From positions 169,758,001-169,822,000 of the forward strand of contig CM059425.1 in assembly GCA_030390025.1 (NCBI GenBank): DNA of 64,000 nucleotides, written 5' to 3'. This DNA is from Squalus acanthias. Its lineage: Eukaryota. Position 1 is the first letter of the stretch. The number at the start of each line of letters is the position of its first letter. The position numbers and the translations under genes are program-made. Positions 36,362-49,905 of the stretch are shown piece after piece. Under the pieces are notes generated by a model. The model was not told the DNA's origin and did no database searches. It saw nothing but the letters and a program-made list of their open reading frames with translations.

Positions 36362-39300
36362 ATAGTAACTGTTTTGAACCACACACTGCTGTTTCCAGCT
36401 GTCTTTATTTTGCACAGGTTAAACTACAGACAGACGTGTTTGTTATTAAATCGTGTAGCATGATTTCAGCTCAAAAATATCTGCACTCTGGCAACAAGAC
36501 TGAAATTTTGTGTGAATGTAGTACTACTCTGAAGTAATTCCTGCAAGTCTGTTCATAAAACAGGGCATCGTGAGAAATTACAGTGCATGAAAATTATCCA
36601 GAAAACAAAACCTCTCACAGACACATTGCAGTGCTGTCCCTGTAAACATTGATTTGGAGGCAAAAGGGTTGATGTTGCATTTGCAAAGAGGAAATTAAGT
36701 ACAATCCTTCCATTATTATTTAATGACAACAGTTTTCAGGCTTGGAAGGCCTATATTAGCATTAGATCTGTTTTGAAAGTTGAAATCAGAATTTGGTGAG
36801 TCAGCAGAAGGGCAGCATTTTTTCTTTTACATTTCCTGAAAAGTCTTCCTGTACTACTTCACTTCTATCTTACTGATCTCCATAAGTAATTAAAGTGGCT
36901 GATGTTAAATGGGAAAAAATAAAGACAGCGCATATTTTATGGTTAAAATAAAGCAAGTGTTTTCTATCTTTGTGTGCTAATCATATTTTCAACCTTATGT
37001 AGATGGGAATTGGGTTTGCAGATAGAATTGAATTTTCTGTCGTGTATGGCAGTTTCCTAGATTAATGTGATGACAAACAGGGTTTATTAAACACAGTTTG
37101 AACTTGGACCAATATATCTTATTTCTGGAATGTTGGATTGAACAAACAATGAAACATGAAGGACAATACTGTTTGGTAGATGTTATACAGAATCTGTCTG
37201 CCTCTGTTGGGACATTAACCATAATTCAATTTGACTAAATTGTACAGTCTTCTGAAAGTTCATGGGATACATCCTCTCTGTTATTCTTCAAAGACTGCAT
37301 TTAACAGTATCCAAATCAATGCTTGTCCAACCCTATCCCAATTTAAAAACACATCTCCTTAATAAATTTAACAAACAATTGTGAATAACCTACAAAAAGG
37401 AAAAGGAAACTGAAAATATATTGCTTTGATTTTTACTGCCTTTGAAAGTGATGCTGCCTTTAAATAAACAAAAATTTAGATGGATTAATAGTTTAAGAGA
37501 TGACTGCTGATTATACATCTGCCACATGATATACACAATTAATGACTATAGCATTATAGTTATATATGCCTGAGCGAAGAGTCACAACAAATAAATAATA
37601 CTTCCAACTGAAGGTATAAAACATTTCTGTCACAATATTACTGAGTAGCTTAGCTAAAATATTAATGTAAAAGGATCAATTTGACAACCTTTTTGGAGGC
37701 CTGGGATAGGTGTCTGCAGCGTAACTGTGATTATTTTTAATTTAGAACCTGATTTTCAAAAATGTTGGCACCATTCAACACATCTTTTTGCACCACACAT
37801 ATTCATCGAAAACTAGCTGATCTCCAGTAGCATTGCTCATGCATAGTCTGGGGTAGGGAGCACAGTTGTGGAGGATGATTTATTTTCCTGTTCTCCCCCC
37901 CCCCCGTGCGTCAGGTAAACCTGATGTGTGCTGATCCTGTGAAGACTATCAACATGGCCTGGACACACCATCTGCATAGGCCCACCCCCTGGAAGGGCCT
38001 TATGCCAGGAACTGGGGTCTGCCAGCCTCAGGCCTTCTGGCTCCTGCATCAGATGCCCACTCTCCAGAAAATTGGCCACAGAGGCCCACAATGTGTGGTG
38101 GAACTCAGCGTGCCCCAATGGAGGTTCTGGGAGCAGCAGCTCATTCCCGACTTTCATTTAAATTAGGCGCCAACTCCATAATCTGTTTGGAGTACCTGTG
38201 CAGAACTGCAGCAGCACAGCATCCGTTTGTAACAAGGCGCTAAAGAGAAAAACGGGAAAAAAATTGGAAACCTCTGTATTTTGCCCCCTTGGCCCCTGGC
38301 ACTGGTACATCGCTTGCCCAGAATCTCATGCCACCTTTTCCTTTTATTTCCTGCTCCATGTTTGGTGCCCACCCTGCCACACCCAGGGAAAGTGCTTGAT
38401 GCATAACGGCCAGTCAGCAGCCCTTGACTGGAGCCCAATGATATGGCCCTGGCACTGCCAGTGATTTACAAGAGAAGCAGCTGGAGAGCCTGTAAATGAG
38501 GTGGCCTTGTGCAATGACATGATTTCAACTCCTTCATGTCAGGCTCACAGAGCACCTGATCAACACCTGCACTGGTGCCACTGCATGGGGCTGCATTATC
38601 AGCCTCCAGCAGATCATAAACACACGTGCCTCAATGATACATGCCTTGAAAAATGTTGCAGAACAACAAACCACTTACCTGGCTTTCCGCATGCCATATT
38701 GGAATTAATTAAAATTAAGCAAAGAGTGCTGGATACCAAGGAGTGATTACACATGGTTAATCTAATCACAGCGTTCTGGTGGTTTATATAAACAATAATC
38801 ATGGAGTGATTACAAGGCAGTAACCCAACCAAAAGATTCAGATAATTGTTCTCACAGTTTGTAACTGTGGCCTGCACTGATTTTTTAAATTATTATTGAG
38901 AAACCGAGTGGAAGTTCTAAAGTGCAGGATGTAACCATGGTTGAAAAGAGTAGTAAAGAAGATGAGATAAATCAAGACGCAGTGGTTAGGTGACAGCAAG
39001 TGTCGCCATTAATAGTATGTAGATTGTAGGAGGAAGGGAAAAAAGGATTTCCAAAGCTTTATGGCAACTTTCCCTCCCAAATTCAGTCCAGGATTTTATA
39101 GGGTGAGTTTTCCTGACCTTTGCCCCCAGCTGCCCGGCAGGGAAGTCAGAAAAATGGGGTGGAGACCTCGATCACTTGGTCTGTGCCCCTGTTAAATAGC
39201 CATGGGTTTCCAGAGCTTTCCTGATGAGGAGGATCTTAGTCTATGCCTGCAGGAGGCACAAACCATTTTGAGCCAGTCCAATGAGGGAGTCAGAAAGGAA

Positions 39301-39599
39301 AGTTGCCATTTTAATTTTACAGCAATAATAGAGGGGCACAACAGCTGGGAGGGGGGCATGGTATGATGCTGGTAGGTCATCCTCCTTCGAGAACTTGCTC
39401 TGCTAGGAGGGAAATCAGTCTGGAGAGGGGCCTGAGGGAGAATATGGTTCATCTATAAGATGACCCCCTTTAGCTTCAAACAGGGACACAATTTCTCATT
39501 GAAGAAAAAAGAAGTTTGTCACTGGAAAGGAAATCAAACATCTTGGAGGCAGCTTTAGCAATGGAGAAAATGTGGAATTCCATTGAAATCATTGGAAAT

Positions 39600-40454
39600 G
39601 TGGGGCGATTTTGCCAGCCCTGGGGAGGCGAATATGGAGGAGGGACTGCTGGGAAAATGGCAGAATTTGGGGGCGGGTGCCCAACCCGCCCCCAACCCGC
39701 CTCCATGCCATCTTCCCAGGAGGCGGGTAGCCATCCCGCACTGGGTCCCATCTCCTTGGAGGCGGGAAGGGATTAAAGCCTATTAACTGCCTGTTAACAG
39801 GTAGTTAACAGGCAGAAAATAGGATTATCCCCTTTTTGCCCTCACAAGTGCAGGCTTCCTGAAGACTCCAAAACACGCCAGCTCAGCTCAGCGAGTACTG
39901 GGTCTGCGGGGGTCGGGGTGGGGGGGGGGGTGCAAAAGTGTGGTGTGAAGGCAAGTGATGGGTGCAAGAGTGTAGAGGTGAGTATCTGAGGTAAGTGCAA
40001 AGTGTTTTTAAAAGTGTACTTACCTTTGTTTCTTCCTGCAGGCTTCAGTCGGTGTGTATGTAGAGAGTCTCGGACCTCCGTGTTGCAGATGAGAGATGGC
40101 CGTTGCATTCTCATATGCAACAACCATCTCATTTCTGTAAAAGAAAGAAGGTTGATGAGGTCTTGAGTGCAAGACCTCATCAAACTGCAGAGAATGTCAC
40201 TGTTTGACAGCTTCACAGAGCTGTCAAACGATGACAATTCAAATGTCAAAAATTTTTGACAGATGAAACGTCATACGTTGACGTTCTCTGCAACCGGCTT
40301 TCCCTTGATTGGCCTGCTAAGCCCGCTGGGAGGGCTTAACAAGGTCAATCAAGGAAAAATAGCATGGGTTGGCCACAAATCGATGGAGGCGGGACATCGA
40401 CCCGACAAGCAGCAGTCCTGCCTCCAACACGCCCCCATTCACAAAATCGCCCCC
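39600..40454. mobile_element. Harbinger-type non-autonomous element (family C)
   Basis: TIRs ggggcgattttg / caaaatcgcccc with AAT(GT) on both flanks. TGACAG palindromes inside. Confidence 0.82.
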
Positions 40455-40689
40455 AATGTCTGCACAGGCAAAATCCCAAGTGGAATAATGGTGGACTTGC
40501 GTGCTGAAAGTGAAGTAGGCTGTCCATGCAGCAGTTTCTGGGGTCAGCTTAATTTTAATTATCATAGTGAGCTCCTGGTGATAGTACCACCTCTGATTGG
40601 GAGTTTGGGGGGCAGGAATTCATGTGGTTCTACAGGTTTTAAAGGCCTGTAGATCTTAAAGGGCTCAGTACAGCAAAAAAATGCTTGTG

Positions 40690-40960
40690 GCAAAACAAAT
40701 CAGACTGTTCACACCCAGGAAGGCCAGGATGTCAGAGGACTCCCCCCACTGCCCTCCCAGTGATGGACTAGAAGTGACTCCTCATGAAGTTAGGCGGGGA
40801 TGGCTACATTATTTAGGTCGAACAGATGCAAGCAGCAAAGGAGGCAGCACAGCAGTATTGGCGGGGATAGGCAGGCCAGTGAGCGCAAATATAACCACAT
40901 CCCACATGGCAACTCAGTGCTGCATCAAGTTTAATGGCCTTACCCGGCAGGCAAGGTAAG
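40690..40960 (+). pseudogene. Highly degenerate Harbinger Myb-like exon 1
   Basis: ..ATQCCIKFNGLTRQAR followed by gtaag, at the same intron position as the other copies. Confidence 0.55.
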
Positions 40961-41309
40961 AAGAGGCTCCTCACTTTGTGTTATATTGAGTAAATTTCTT
41001 ACAATTAATGCCAAGAAGGCGGCACAGTACCAGTTACACCTCCACCCTTCACCTAGAAATGATCCTTCTCTCACAACCATACATGCAATCACCCCACTAA
41101 AAGACTCGCATGGACTCTTATTGCATTGTGCATGCACCTGTATCACACCCATTACAGCTGCTTGCTGACATTCGGGTTTTATAACATCTTCATGGTACCA
41201 GAAGTAATTCTCACTTTTTACATTCTTTTTCAAGGTCTACACAGCCCATAATATCGGGGTAAAGTGCCACAGGTGATTGACCCATCCAATCTCTGCCTTC
41301 AAGTGCCAG

Positions 41310-41655
41310 CTTGGCTCAGTTTCTGGTATTCTAGTCTCTGAGCCAGAGGTTGTGGTTAAAGCCACTCTGTTATAAGACGCAGATGTCAGCAAGCAGCACA
41401 ATGCATATAATATAAGCTTACATTTCAGTGCAGTACTGAGGGAGTACTGCATTGTCAGAGGTGCCGTCTTTTAGACGAAACATTAAGCCAACATTAAGTC
41501 TGCCTATTCAGATGGACTTGTAAGATCCCATTTGAAGAAGAGCAGGGAGTTTTTCTTATGTCCTGGCTAACATTCATCCCTCAACCAACACCACCAAGAC
41601 AGATTATCTGGTAATTTATTTCATTGTTTGTGGAATCTTCATGTGCACAAAGTGC
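41310..41655 (+). mobile_element. DeuSINE (SacSINE1-like)
   Basis: tRNA-like head tggctcagt..ctctgagccagaggttgtgg. Deu-type core gtgcagtactgagggagtactgcattgtcagaggtgccgtcttt..gatccca..gaagaagagcagggag..ccctcaaccaaca. Confidence 0.75.
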
Positions 41656-41971
41656 AATCCTGGAGAGGGAGGTCCGAAAGGTTGTTGAAGATGGAGATGT
41701 AGGAAAGCATGTATCAAATATAGGATTGTCATGACATTTTAATCACCCCTCCACCCCATAAGGGGGTATACATACGGGTGAGGAAATCTCACTGGGAGCC
41801 TGCACAGATTACTTGAAGCAAGCTGACACGGGGAAATTGTGTGAGGTCTGTGATACAGTCTTGGGGTGATTAGAAATTTGCCCCACTAAAACTGCGCCGG
41901 CCTTGGGTCTCGGGAGGAAAATACCGCCCATGATTTTCATTAAAATTAGAATATTCTACTTGTTTCATACA

Positions 41972-42092
41972 ATCATAGAATCATATAGCACAGAAGGAAA
42001 CCATTTGGTCCATCATGTCTGCGCTGGCTCTTTGAAAGAGCTATCCCATTAATCCCACTTCCCTGATCTTTCCCCATAGCCCTGCAAATTTC
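41972..42092 (-). mobile_element. CR1-type 3' tail fragment
   Basis: atcatagaatcatatagcacagaaggaaaccatttggtccatc. Confidence 0.6.
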
Positions 42093-44099
42093 AGGCTGTT
42101 ATTTTGTGCAATGTACACTGTAAATATTGTGAGGGCCTGTATTTAGTTTTTCTGTTCACATTCGCCTGTGAGCAGTACATAAATGGGTATACTGTACTTT
42201 ACAAATTCATGCTCCTGAAGTGGAGCTTCACCCACCAAGAGCACATATTGGGAATTTGGTCATGGAGGTCAACCAATCTGCAAAATCCTGCGGGCCCACT
42301 GACGTCTCTAGCTGAATCTCCGAAGCTCTGAACCACAAGCGCAAATGAGTCAGATCTGCTCTTTGATGTAAAAATTGTACCTGAATCCAAGGATTCAGTC
42401 GATGTGCTCGCCCCCTTAAGCAGTGGAACATGTGAATTTGTCAAATATACCTTAAAACAAGAGTGTCCTTGGCAACCAGAGCCTTGAAGCTCAGGCAACT
42501 CAGTCCAATTTGCATTATGTTTCTTTATCGCTGGTCTGTCCTAATTGAATTTTATGGAGCTGGAGATTTTGGAAAGGCTATATTTATCACAGCTTCCTCA
42601 TTGGTGGATAAACCCTTATCAGAACACTGCAACCTGTTAGTATCAGCAACCTGAGATATATGCAAATTAATGGGAACATGCAATTAACTTTAATTATGGC
42701 CCTGAGGCTCCATGGTATGTACCTGTGCAGCCCATGGAGCCGAAGTTTGGACATGCCTTCCCTAAAGGGCTAAGATCCCTAATTTATGGATTTTATGCTT
42801 CGCTAATCCACTCATATCGACTGAACAGTTGACTGAATAAAATTTCATATAAGGAGGAAGATAAATTTTAACTAATATTGAAGCATAATTAATGCATCAC
42901 ATCAATTTTGGCACAATTACTGTTTATCATAAAACAACTTGGAGTTGATTAGTGGAAATTTAAGACCAATGTATATATATTAAAGAATTTAACATTTAAC
43001 AAAACAGTAGGATATTTCTAGTAGCAAACTGAAGCAAAAGCAATGACCTGTTTACTTGGAATAGCAATCTTCTTTCCTCATTGATGAGCTTTTTTGGAGC
43101 CTGGAGCCTGGAGCCACACAATTTCCATGACAACCATTTACTCTATAACACAATGATTGTGATCCTAAAATAAGTTCTGGCTGAACCAAAACGCATTAGT
43201 GTTATATCAGTTACATAGGTCAGATGTAACAGCACTGCTATTTCAGAAATGTGCAAAATGGTTAAAACTTAGGTTTCATTCATTTCAGCGCAGCGTGGAA
43301 AATAAAACCACTGAAAATCAGCCTAATGAGGGGTTGTTAATACATTGTCCTTTCACCTCTGGGATCTAAGTTTAAAACCAGGTCAGACTGATTGATGACT
43401 GTCCTCTGTCACTACCAATTGTAAAAGTCCTAAGTGAAAAGTGCACAGATGATCTCAAGCCAGTTGCTGGTGGGCCTGAGTTGACAGCACAAAGCACAAA
43501 TAGCCTACAGTTTTATCCATATTGGCATTAGATCATCAATCTTGGTCAAAGAGGAAGAAGTATGATGTAGGAAATAGAAAAATTAATGCTGTTGGAGTGA
43601 GAACTTTTTTCCCGATGTTGGCATGATGGTGTATTGTTGGGACTGAGTAGAGGGAATTAGAGTCAAAATAAAAGGATTCCATCTTCAGCACTGACATCCC
43701 TTAGTTTGATGAGCAAAAAAAAAATTAAGTTCATGATAGTTATTATCAGTGATTATTTAAGATTTTCATGAATTGCCTTGTCCTAATTATATTCTGTGAT
43801 GGTGATTTAATTATTTACCCGCAATAACCTACCTGTTCTCATTAATGGATTTTTTGGATCATTGTGAATGACTGGCTTCTGTATTGGGACACTAACAGCA
43901 GCAGTAACTGTGGGTGAGCTTTGTGTGAAGAGATATCAGAGCAAGTACTTCATTAAAGCTGAATGAGCCCACATTAGTCAACATATCAACCATTAGGGCT
44001 TACCAAGATATGCTTATCCAAGTAACAGTACAGTACAATCTGGTCCAGTTTATAATTGATAAAATGTGTAAACTTTGCTGCTTTGCTATGATCTGTATT

Positions 44100-44530
44100 T
44101 AGGAACATGGGAACAGGAGTAGGCCATTCAGCCCCTCGAGCTTGTTCCGCCATCTACCTGCTTTGGTTCCTTAGCCCTTAATACCCTTGCCTAACTAAAA
44201 TCTATCAATCTCAGTTTTGAATTTTTCAATTGACTTAGCCTCAACAATTTTTGGGGGAGAGCGTTCCAGATTTCCACTACCTTTTGTGTGAAGAAGTGCT
44301 TCCTGAAATCACTCCTGAATGACCTAGCTCTAATTTTAAGGTTATGCCTCCTTTTTCTGGACACCCCCACCAGAGGAAATAGTTTCTCTCTATCTACCCT
44401 AATAAATCCTATGATCATCTTAAACACCTCAATTAGATCACCCCTTAATCGTCTATGTTCAAGAGAATATAAGCCTAGTCTATGCAACCTGTCCTCATAA
44501 TTTAACCCTTTTAGCCCCAGTATCATTCTT
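44100..44530 (-). mobile_element. CR1 LINE 3' end
   Basis: LGLYSLEHRRLRGDLIEVFKMI..FFTQKVVEIWNALP and the CR1 tail. Confidence 0.9.
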
Positions 44531-44708
44531 CAGAGTAGATTGTTTCTTTTTGGTCCAGCTTGTTCTGCTGGCATTCTCACCAATGGAAGTACGGTGATGA
44601 TTCTGCAAAATGTTATGGCCCTGAACTATCTCAAAGACGTTTGAGAGATTGGAATTTTGATGGTGATGTGTGCTATTGATACAGCTGAATATGTGGGGTC
44701 AGCCCGCT

Positions 44709-47219
44709 GGGGGTTAACTTGAACCGTGTATTACCCACTTTTAGGCGCTACATGGCCTTCTAAAGCCCCAAAATGGCAGAAAGGAAGCACAATCACATTT
44801 CCGATCAGAAGTGCGCCGCCCGGCATATTGGATAAGGACAAATAAGAGGCGGGCTTTACCAACGTCTGAAGCAGGTGTTCGGCACTTTGAATATGCAAAT
44901 AAGGGGCCTAACTCTTGTTTTGGGTCCCCACTCCAACATTAATTGGCCTGAGGCAGCCAGGGAAAACCAACGCTAAACAGCGCTTAGATAAAAAAAAAGT
45001 AAGTACTTACCACAATCATCATCCCAATCACTGCTGCTCCCAGTCCCAAGATTCATGACCTCTGACCTCCAGGCCCCTCCACAATCTCCAATGCCCCTCC
45101 CTCCCTACCGACCACGACGTCTCAGCCCCTTGAAGTCCCGATCCCTCCCCGACCCCTGCGACAACAGGTCCAAAGCCCCCGATCCCTTTCAACCATGACC
45201 TCTAGGCCCCTGAAGCCCCGATCCCTCCTCGACCCCTGCGACAGCAAGTCTCAAGATCCAGCCAATTACCTGTGAGCCGCTGTGCTAGCCTTGTGCTGTC
45301 TTCTCCCGCACTGAATTTAACCCCCAGCTTATTTGCATAAAAGTTGCTGGACCAGTGGCATAAGTCCAATGTAGAGCGCTGGGGGGAATGGAGAGGAAAC
45401 TTGTTGCTACAGGATTTAAAAGGAAGGACAGCAGGATGTGATTTTTCTTACAGAGTACATCAGCTTGTTAAATTCCTGTGACAACTTACCTCAGGTTTCG
45501 TGCTTCTGAAATAAGATTTTCAGAAGGAGCAGCAGATTTCCCATGTGCCCAGTAGGTACATAGCAAGCTCAACAGATCAAGTGCCAGCAGCCCCAACCAG
45601 TGCCCTGGCACCAAGAAGGTGCGTAGTGCAGGGCGCACAATTTTTTCTTTTGCAGATCGCAAGATCTTGTTAAAGCAGATGAGGATCCGCAGGGGAAGAC
45701 TGCTGGGGTCACATGGGAGGAAGCCAGTAAAAGGTGCAGCCAGAGCCATGTGGAGGGAGGTGGCAGTGACACTGAGTGCCACCTCCCTCACTCGCAGGAC
45801 TGCAGACTAGTGTCGGAAAAAGTTCAATAATCATTACGAGGACAGCATGGTAAGAGCTGACATTTCCCCATTAACTTTGGCTCTATACTCGTCATTGATT
45901 ACCCTCACTTCTTAAATACCAGAACAAATCAACATGCACAGTGCACCAATGGGGGAAATGTCAGCACTAGTCTGCAGTCCTGCGAGTGAGGGAGGTGGCA
46001 CTCAGTGTCACTGCTACCTCCCTCCACATGGCTCTTCAACCAGTGTTGGGAACATTCATCACAGCTCTTCTTGCTTGTTACCTCTTAACACAACAACAAC
46101 AACAACAACGTGCATTTATATAGTGCCTTTAACGTAGTAAATCGTCCCATGGCTCTTCACAGGAGAGTTATCAAACAAAATTTGGCACCGAGTCACTTAA
46201 GGTGATATTAGGACAGATGACCAAAAGCTTGGTCAAAGAGATAGATTTTAAGGAGCGTCTTAAAGGAAGAGAGAGAGGTAGAGAGCGGAGAGGTTTAGGG
46301 AAGGAATTCCAGAGTTCAGAGCTTAAGCAGCTGAAAGCCCTGCCACCAATGGTGGAGTGAGAATTGGAGGAGCGCAGAGATCTCGGAGAGATGTGGGGCT
46401 GGAAGAGGTTACAGAGATAGGGAGGGACGAGGCCATGTAGGGATTTGAAAACAAGGATGAGAGTTTTAAAATTAAGGCGTTGCCAGACTGGGAGCCAATG
46501 TAGGTCAGTGAGCACAGTGAGTGATGGGTGAACGGGACTTGGTGCGAGTTAGGACACGGGCAGCCGAGTTTTGGATGACCTCAAGTTTACATAGGGTAGA
46601 ATGTGGCAGGCCAGCCAGGAGTGCGTTGGAATAGTCAAGTCTAGAGGTAACAAAGGCATGGATGAGGGTTTCAGCAGCAGATGAGCTGAGGCAAGGGCAC
46701 ATGTTACAAGATCCTTCCAGCACTTGTCGTCCCTGTTACATTGGCGGACTGCGAGCATCTGAGATGCTTCCCCTTGCTTAATGTTGTTAGTCTTGTTCAA
46801 AGAGGAAGTGGCAAACAATGCCCGGCAGAGGCATGTCGCCAGTGAGGGGATCCCTGACATCAGTCGGCCAACTCCATATGAAGAGCAAGCAATGACGCAG
46901 CTAGCAAGGTACTCCTCTTTGGCTGTCAGTAATGGGAGGTTGATGGACCAATGCCAGCCATAGGTGAATGGCTGCAAAGCAGTGCTTACACCAGCTGCAG
47001 TATTTTAATGAACTCAGCTGCCAGAAAATTCCAAGCATTGTTGTTTCCATCCTGTCTCTCGCTGGGTGCTGCACAGCAAGTTTTAGCTTGTTTCCTCTTC
47101 TTCCACAGATATTCACAGTCAAGAGGACCAGATGAGGAGGAGGAGGAAGAGGAGGAAGAGGAGGATGGAGATTATGATAACAATGATCATGACAACGAAC
47201 AGCCTGATCCAGACCCTCT
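44709..47219 (+). mobile_element. Degenerate Harbinger with Myb-like gene (exon 1 ~45600-45849, exon 2 ~46800-46960, exon 3 from ~47109)
   Basis: MWREVAVTLSATSLTRRTAD*CRKKFNN|gtaag; EEVANNARQR; acidic exon 3. Interrupted by an L2 and cut by a family C end. Confidence 0.7.
46092..46700 (-). mobile_element. L2 LINE 3' fragment
   Basis: AETLIHAFVTSRLDYSNALLAGLP..QNSAARVL..LHWLPV..FKTLILVFKSLHG, with (caa)n tail. Confidence 0.92.
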
Positions 47220-47475
47220 GGGGGCGATTTTGCCAATGGGGGCGCGTTGGAGACGGGACTGCTGCTTGTCGGGTCGTTGTCCCGCCTCCATCGACTTGTG
47301 GCCAACCCACGCTATTTTCCCTTGATTGACCTTGTTAAGCCCGCCCAGAGGGCTTAGCAGGCCAATTAAGGGGAAGCCGGTTACAGAGAATGTCAGCATA
47401 TGATGTTTCATCTGTCAAAAATTTTTGACAGATGAATTGTCATCGTTTGACAGCTCTGTGAAGCTGTCAAACACT
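47220..47475. mobile_element. Family C Harbinger end (reverse complement of 40200-40454)
   Basis: gggggcgattttg TIR and clear homology to 40200-40454. Confidence 0.8.
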
Positions 47476-48169
47476 GAGGATGGATTTTCATTGATCTGTG
47501 GAGGAGGGTTTGGAGGCATGTGGGGGGTTAAAATTGCGAAAACTGGTGGGTGGGCACAAGCCCACCTCCATCCCGCCTCCATGCAATTTTCATTAAATCA
47601 TGTTTGCTGGTCCCGACTCCGTCCCGCCTCTAAGAGGCGGGATAGGCTGTTAAGGCCCTTAACAAGCACTAAATTGCCTCTATACCAGAATGTACAGCAG
47701 ATAGGAGGCATTATTGTGGTGTCAACTACCCTCATATATAGCAACATTAGGGAAGTATGCATTGGCCCTTAGTTTGCACCTAGAAGCAGCAGGGTAGGTC
47801 ATAGGACAGCTTACCTAGACAGCCAGGGGAAGTGCAGTGATATGGAGTAAGGCCTTGTATTGAATGTAAAATCTGTGTATGTGTAATAAAACAGATGTTG
47901 AATTTTGCATTGACTCTGTTGTTCAACCATCTCATGAGGTCTAATTGGAGAGAAATGGGATGGTTGTCTACGCAGTCATAAAGACAAATATTTTCTCATT
48001 AAAAAATTGGACATGAAGGGTGGGGAGATGTAATGATGGAGGCGAAGTAAGGAGAGTGCCTTAATCCAAGGAGAATGTAGTACCAATAATTTGCCTATGT
48101 AATTCTCTGGCAGAGAGCCTTGTGAGCCTGGGTTTCACGTGTCTCTGCCTTCACAGCAGCCGAGCCTTC

Positions 48170-48990
48170 CTCCTTTAGGGATTCCATTTCCATTCCTTTC
48201 TGAACAGCAAAGTTGTGTAGGACACAACAAGCAATCATGATAAGAGGATCCCACTCAGAAGCATACTGCAGTTTCCCTCATAATCTATCAAGGCACTGGA
48301 ATATTCCCTTCCGAATCCCAATAGCCCCCTCAATGACCACTCTAATTGATGAATATGCTTCATAATACTGATGTTTAGCTGATGAAAATGGCGTTTGTGG
48401 TAGACACACCCAGAATGTGACTGTCTTTCCTGAATAAAGCTGGGAGGCTGGACTGCCTCATGAAAAAAACATCGTGACTTCTCCTGCAAGTTTAGTGTTT
48501 ACATGGAGAACGCATTGCTGCTGGTCACAAATAAATGGAATCCCATCCCTTTCCATTGTGGAAATTCAATGGCTCCACAGTAGGATCCCACAGTGTAACA
48601 TGGGTCTCATCTATTTTATCCTTAATTTTGGGAAAACCAGGATCATGATAGAATTGAATGGCTCTTCCCTGCTGCCGCTTTGGAGTCATACCACAATGGA
48701 TGAATCCTCCAGCTCTCCTAAAGGTGGCATCAGTGACCTGGTGAATGCATGACCAGATAGCACCCTGGTTAATGTTACGAATGTTACAGTCTGGAGAGAG
48801 CCAGTGGTATAAAAGCTGAGAGCTGCACTCCCTTTGACAGCCACTAGCTGTTCGGGCATTTGATCTGGGCTACAGGTCTGTGTATAGAAGTTGACACAGG
48901 TCATCTGGGGTTTCCTTTGTGAATCTAAAGAGCAGATTTTCACTTTTGGCTGTGGTAGAAAATGGTCAGTAACGGATCAGTATGCAGCCT
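48170..48990 (-). pseudogene. Ancient Harbinger transposase fossil
   Basis: Multi-frame remnants AALSFYTTGSLQ, CIHQVTDA, GFPKIKDKIDETHV, ICDQQQCVLHVN, FMRQSSLP, IRVVIEGAIGIRKGIFQCLDR..LQY, colinear with 29682-30842. Confidence 0.75.
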
Positions 48991-49599
48991 GCCTGGTTTT
49001 CCTCATACCCTAATAACATTTGCTGGGCCTAAGGGAAAGGGTTGGCCTCATCTTGTTCCAATGTTACCACACTCTACCTTGCTCCATTCATCAATATTGC
49101 ATAAATAGGAATTCCCATAGGGAAACCCATGCTACTCAATAGTTTCCTTACAGTGGGTGAGAATTGTAAATTTTCAGGTGAGCAGAGAGCCCTTTACTCT
49201 GGCAATTTAAAGTCTACCTCAGTCACTCCCCAAGGGAAAAATAATTTCCAAAAATATGCCAACCTGTGATGGGCAAAAGCTCTATAAGCAGTGAAATACT
49301 TTAAATCCAACACTTCCACCAGTGTTAGCTCATCCTGGAAAGCCACAACACCTCCTTTATATGGTTATAAGTTACGTTGTGTGCTCGAGGCAGTAATATG
49401 GGAATTTTGATGTAACAACATCATCCTGTCATTACCGTGCAAGTTAAATATATCCGTTGCTGAAGGAAGTGCCCCCATCCACACAAACCGGAAAATCTGT
49501 CGGCCTGGAAACAGGGTGGAAACTTGGCAGAAATGGATTCTACCTCAATCTGTGCTTCGGTACTAAGTGCCATACCACCACTACATCCCCAGTGTGACT

Positions 49600-49905
49600 G
49601 GAGCTAAACACTGTGCAATCATCAGTGAACAGCCCCACTTCTGACCTTATGATGAAGGGACGGTCATTGATCAAGCAGCTTAAGATAGGTGGGCCTCGGA
49701 CACTGCCCTGAGGAACTCTAACAGCAATAGCCTAAGGCTGAGGGGATTGACCTCCAATGACCACAATATTCTTCCTTTGTTCCAGGTATGACTGCAGCTA
49801 CTGGAGAGATTTCCCCCAATCCTCATTCACTTCAATTTTACTAAGGCTCCGTTGAATGTTGAAGGGCAGTTTCTCTCACCTCACCTTTGGAACTTAGCTC
49901 TAATG
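49600..49905 (-). mobile_element. CR1-group LINE RT fragment (family of 16431)
   Basis: Diverged reverse complement of about 16670-16990 (ggacactgccctgaggaactc). Confidence 0.75.

Noticed and set aside
37830..38620. GC-richer block possibly derived from Harbinger
   Set aside because: Has ggcgc motifs but no paired TIRs or readable protein motifs.
35511..39260. Other CTGATGA occurrences (35511, 36081, 39221; also 8475, 56082) as hammerheads
   Set aside because: They lack a paired stem II, or lack GAAA followed by a UH triplet.
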